Part shown: one piece after another, positions 35,215 through 36,853 of the stretch
Layout: each line of letters starts with the position of its first letter
Position numbering within the stretch: the stretch's first letter is position 1
NCBI GenBank assembly: GCA_963843375.1
Contig: CAWJKT010000019.1
Location: 1 to 36,853, forward strand
Direction: 5' to 3'
Source of the DNA: an uncultured Pseudomonadota bacterium
GTDB taxonomy: Bacteria; Oederibacteriota; Muellerivitia; Muellerivitales; Muellerivitaceae
Length of the DNA stretch: 36,853 bases
Made by a program: the position numbers and the translations under genes
The notes under the pieces: model-generated
Told to the model about the DNA's origin: nothing
Databases searched by the model: none
Seen by the model: the letters and a program-made list of their open reading frames with translations, nothing else

Positions 35215-36853
35215 GTTGCTTCCTCAAACTGGCCCCGGAATGCTTGATCCCCGAATTACGGGGGTCGGCCTCCAAGTTGCCCTCAGAGTCGGTCTTGAAC
35301 TGGAATTCGTCCAGCCGCTCCCAACCCGACATGATGCTGTAGGCGCAAGGCACCACTACAAGGGTAAGGAGGGTGGAAAAGATGATTCCGCCGATGACGG
35401 CCACCGACATGGGCTGGCGCAGTTCCGAGCCGGGCCCCAGGGCCATGGCCGCCGGGAGGGCGCCTGCTACGGTAGCAAAGGAGGTCATCAGGATCGGCCG
35501 TAAACGCATGGGGCAGGCGTAAAGCAGCGAGTCCGTGAGGGTCTTTCCCTTTTCCCGTGCTTGGTTGGTGAAAGCCACGATCATGATGGCGTTTTTCTTG
35601 ACTAGGCCCAGTAACAGGATGAGCCCAATCAGGCTGTACATGTTCAGGGATTGGTTGAAAAGCCACAAGGCGACGAAAGCACCGGTGATAGAAAAGGGTA
35701 GCGCCAACAGGACGACCCAGGGCTGGAGGAAACTGTTGAACTGGGTGGCCAGGACCATGTAGGCCACGATGACCCCCAGTGCCATGGTGAGCATCAGTTG
35801 GATATTCGTCTGGGAACCAGCCTGGGAGGTGCCCGTCAAACCCGCGTTGTACCCTACGGGCAGGACAGCCTTCGCAATTTTCATGGCCTCATCCAGGGCT
35901 TCCTGCCCGGTAGCCTTCGTGGAGGCATTAGCCAGGAAGTAGATGGCCCTCATGCGGTTGTCCCGAGTGATCTGCTGGAGGGCGGGTGCCTGCGTGATGG
36001 TGGTCACATCCGCTATAGCGACCAATTCGCCGCGGTTGTTTCGTGTGTAGACCTTCTTCAGGTCGTCCGGTTTCAGTCGCTGATCTTGCGGCATTCGGAT
36101 GAAAATGTCATTGTCATGGCCCGACTCATGGTAATAAACCGACTCGAAAGTGTAGCCGCCGATCAGGACGCCGAGAACAGTTCCCAAATCCGCAATATTC
36201 ACCCCTCTCTCAGCGGCCTTGAACCTGTCGGGAACCACCTGGATTTCAGGCAGGCCGGACAGGTAATTGTTGTTTACGTCAGCCAGCAGGGGGCTAGCCT
36301 TCATTTGCTTTTCGATCTGCTCCGAATAGCCCGCCAGTTTGTCCCAATCCGGCCCGGTCACGATGAATTCCACATCATAACCCTTCCCCGTCGACAGGCC
36401 GCGCTTGGAAAGGTCCACCAGGAAGACCTGAAGGTCGGGGGAAACCTTTGTAAGCGCCTTACGGCAGACCTCCATGAATTCCGCCTGGGTCAGCCGCGGC
36501 TTTTTAAAATGATCAAAAAGGCTGATGAGGAAACCCAGGGGCCCGGAGGGATGGAATTTTTCCGCCCAGGTGGCTACCGGCCTTTTCCCCGGGTCCTTCA
36601 TTGTGGTGAACAGCAAGGCTGTATTGGAGGATGTGGCCCCAAAACCCCCGATGGCCGCGTAGAGGTTTTGGATTTCCCCCCGCCCCTTGAGAAGGGCTTC
36701 GCATTGCTTGACGACTCCGTCGGTTCGGAAAATGGAATAATCCACCGGAAGCTGCAGATTGATCATGAAAACGCTCTGATCCGTGGAGGGCACCATTTCC
36801 TTCTTGATGATCAAAGCCAAAAACATGGACCCCGTGAAAATCACCATGACGAT
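35207..36853 (-). CDS. RND efflux permease (AcrB/AcrD/AcrF family), C-terminal part, truncated at the right edge
   Basis: YMVLATQFNSFLQP, GLVKKNAIMIV, RLRPILMTS, PMSVAVIGGIIFSTLLTLVVVP. Confidence 0.96.
   Translation of the reverse strand: MVMVIFTGSMFLALIIKKEMVPSTDQSVFMINLQLPVDYSIFRTDGVVKQCEALLKGRGEIQNLYAAIGGFGATSSNTALLFTTMKDPGKRPVATWAEKFHPSGPLGFLISLFDHFKKPRLTQAEFMEVCRKALTKVSPDLQVFLVDLSKRGLSTGKGYDVEFIVTGPDWDKLAGYSEQIEKQMKASPLLADVNNNYLSGLPEIQVVPDRFKAAERGVNIADLGTVLGVLIGGYTFESVYYHESGHDNDIFIRMPQDQRLKPDDLKKVYTRNNRGELVAIADVTTITQAPALQQITRDNRMRAIYFLANASTKATGQEALDEAMKIAKAVLPVGYNAGLTGTSQAGSQTNIQLMLTMALGVIVAYMVLATQFNSFLQPWVVLLALPFSITGAFVALWLFNQSLNMYSLIGLILLLGLVKKNAIMIVAFTNQAREKGKTLTDSLLYACPMRLRPILMTSFATVAGALPAAMALGPGSELRQPMSVAVIGGIIFSTLLTLVVVPCAYSIMSGWERLDEFQFKTDSEGNLEADPRNSGIKHSGASLRKQHA

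Noticed and set aside
1..36853. tRNA, rRNA, CRISPR array, integrase/transposase, riboswitch
   Set aside because: None recognisable by eye; an Infernal/Rfam scan of 10800-11570, 13900-14600 and 26370-27010 would be needed to exclude ncRNAs.

Overview
A 36.9-kb bacterial chromosomal window with genes almost all on the minus strand. The left part (1-11.5 kb) looks like core genome: dinB with a palindromic operator over its -10 box, a secreted IgGFc-binding-domain protein, a GH94 cellobiose phosphorylase, a lemA/TPM/nucleotidyltransferase/two YbhB-YbcL cluster, a CoA-binding protein and an HPr pseudogene. The region from about 12 to 34 kb looks like a sigma54 regulon. It has a XylR_N/V4R-type activator, five well-formed -24/-12 promoters and a recurrent TATCAAnnTGA(T/G)A-like palindrome upstream of each. 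These promoters precede an ice-binding lipoprotein plus OmpA, outer-membrane/secreted proteins, and a complete bacterial ubiquitin-like conjugation operon in Bil/ISG15-like order (Ubl-E2-JAB-E1). The most unusual element is a second ubiquitin-like gene just downstream with its own sigma54 promoter. It encodes a lipoprotein-signal/transmembrane/coiled-coil protein fused to a tandem Ubl ending in Gly-Gly, i.e. a candidate membrane-tethered ubiquitin-like modifier. The E2 also appears to lack the usual catalytic Cys. Several single-base frameshifts suggest indel errors in the assembly. All family calls are from motif recognition; no searches were run.
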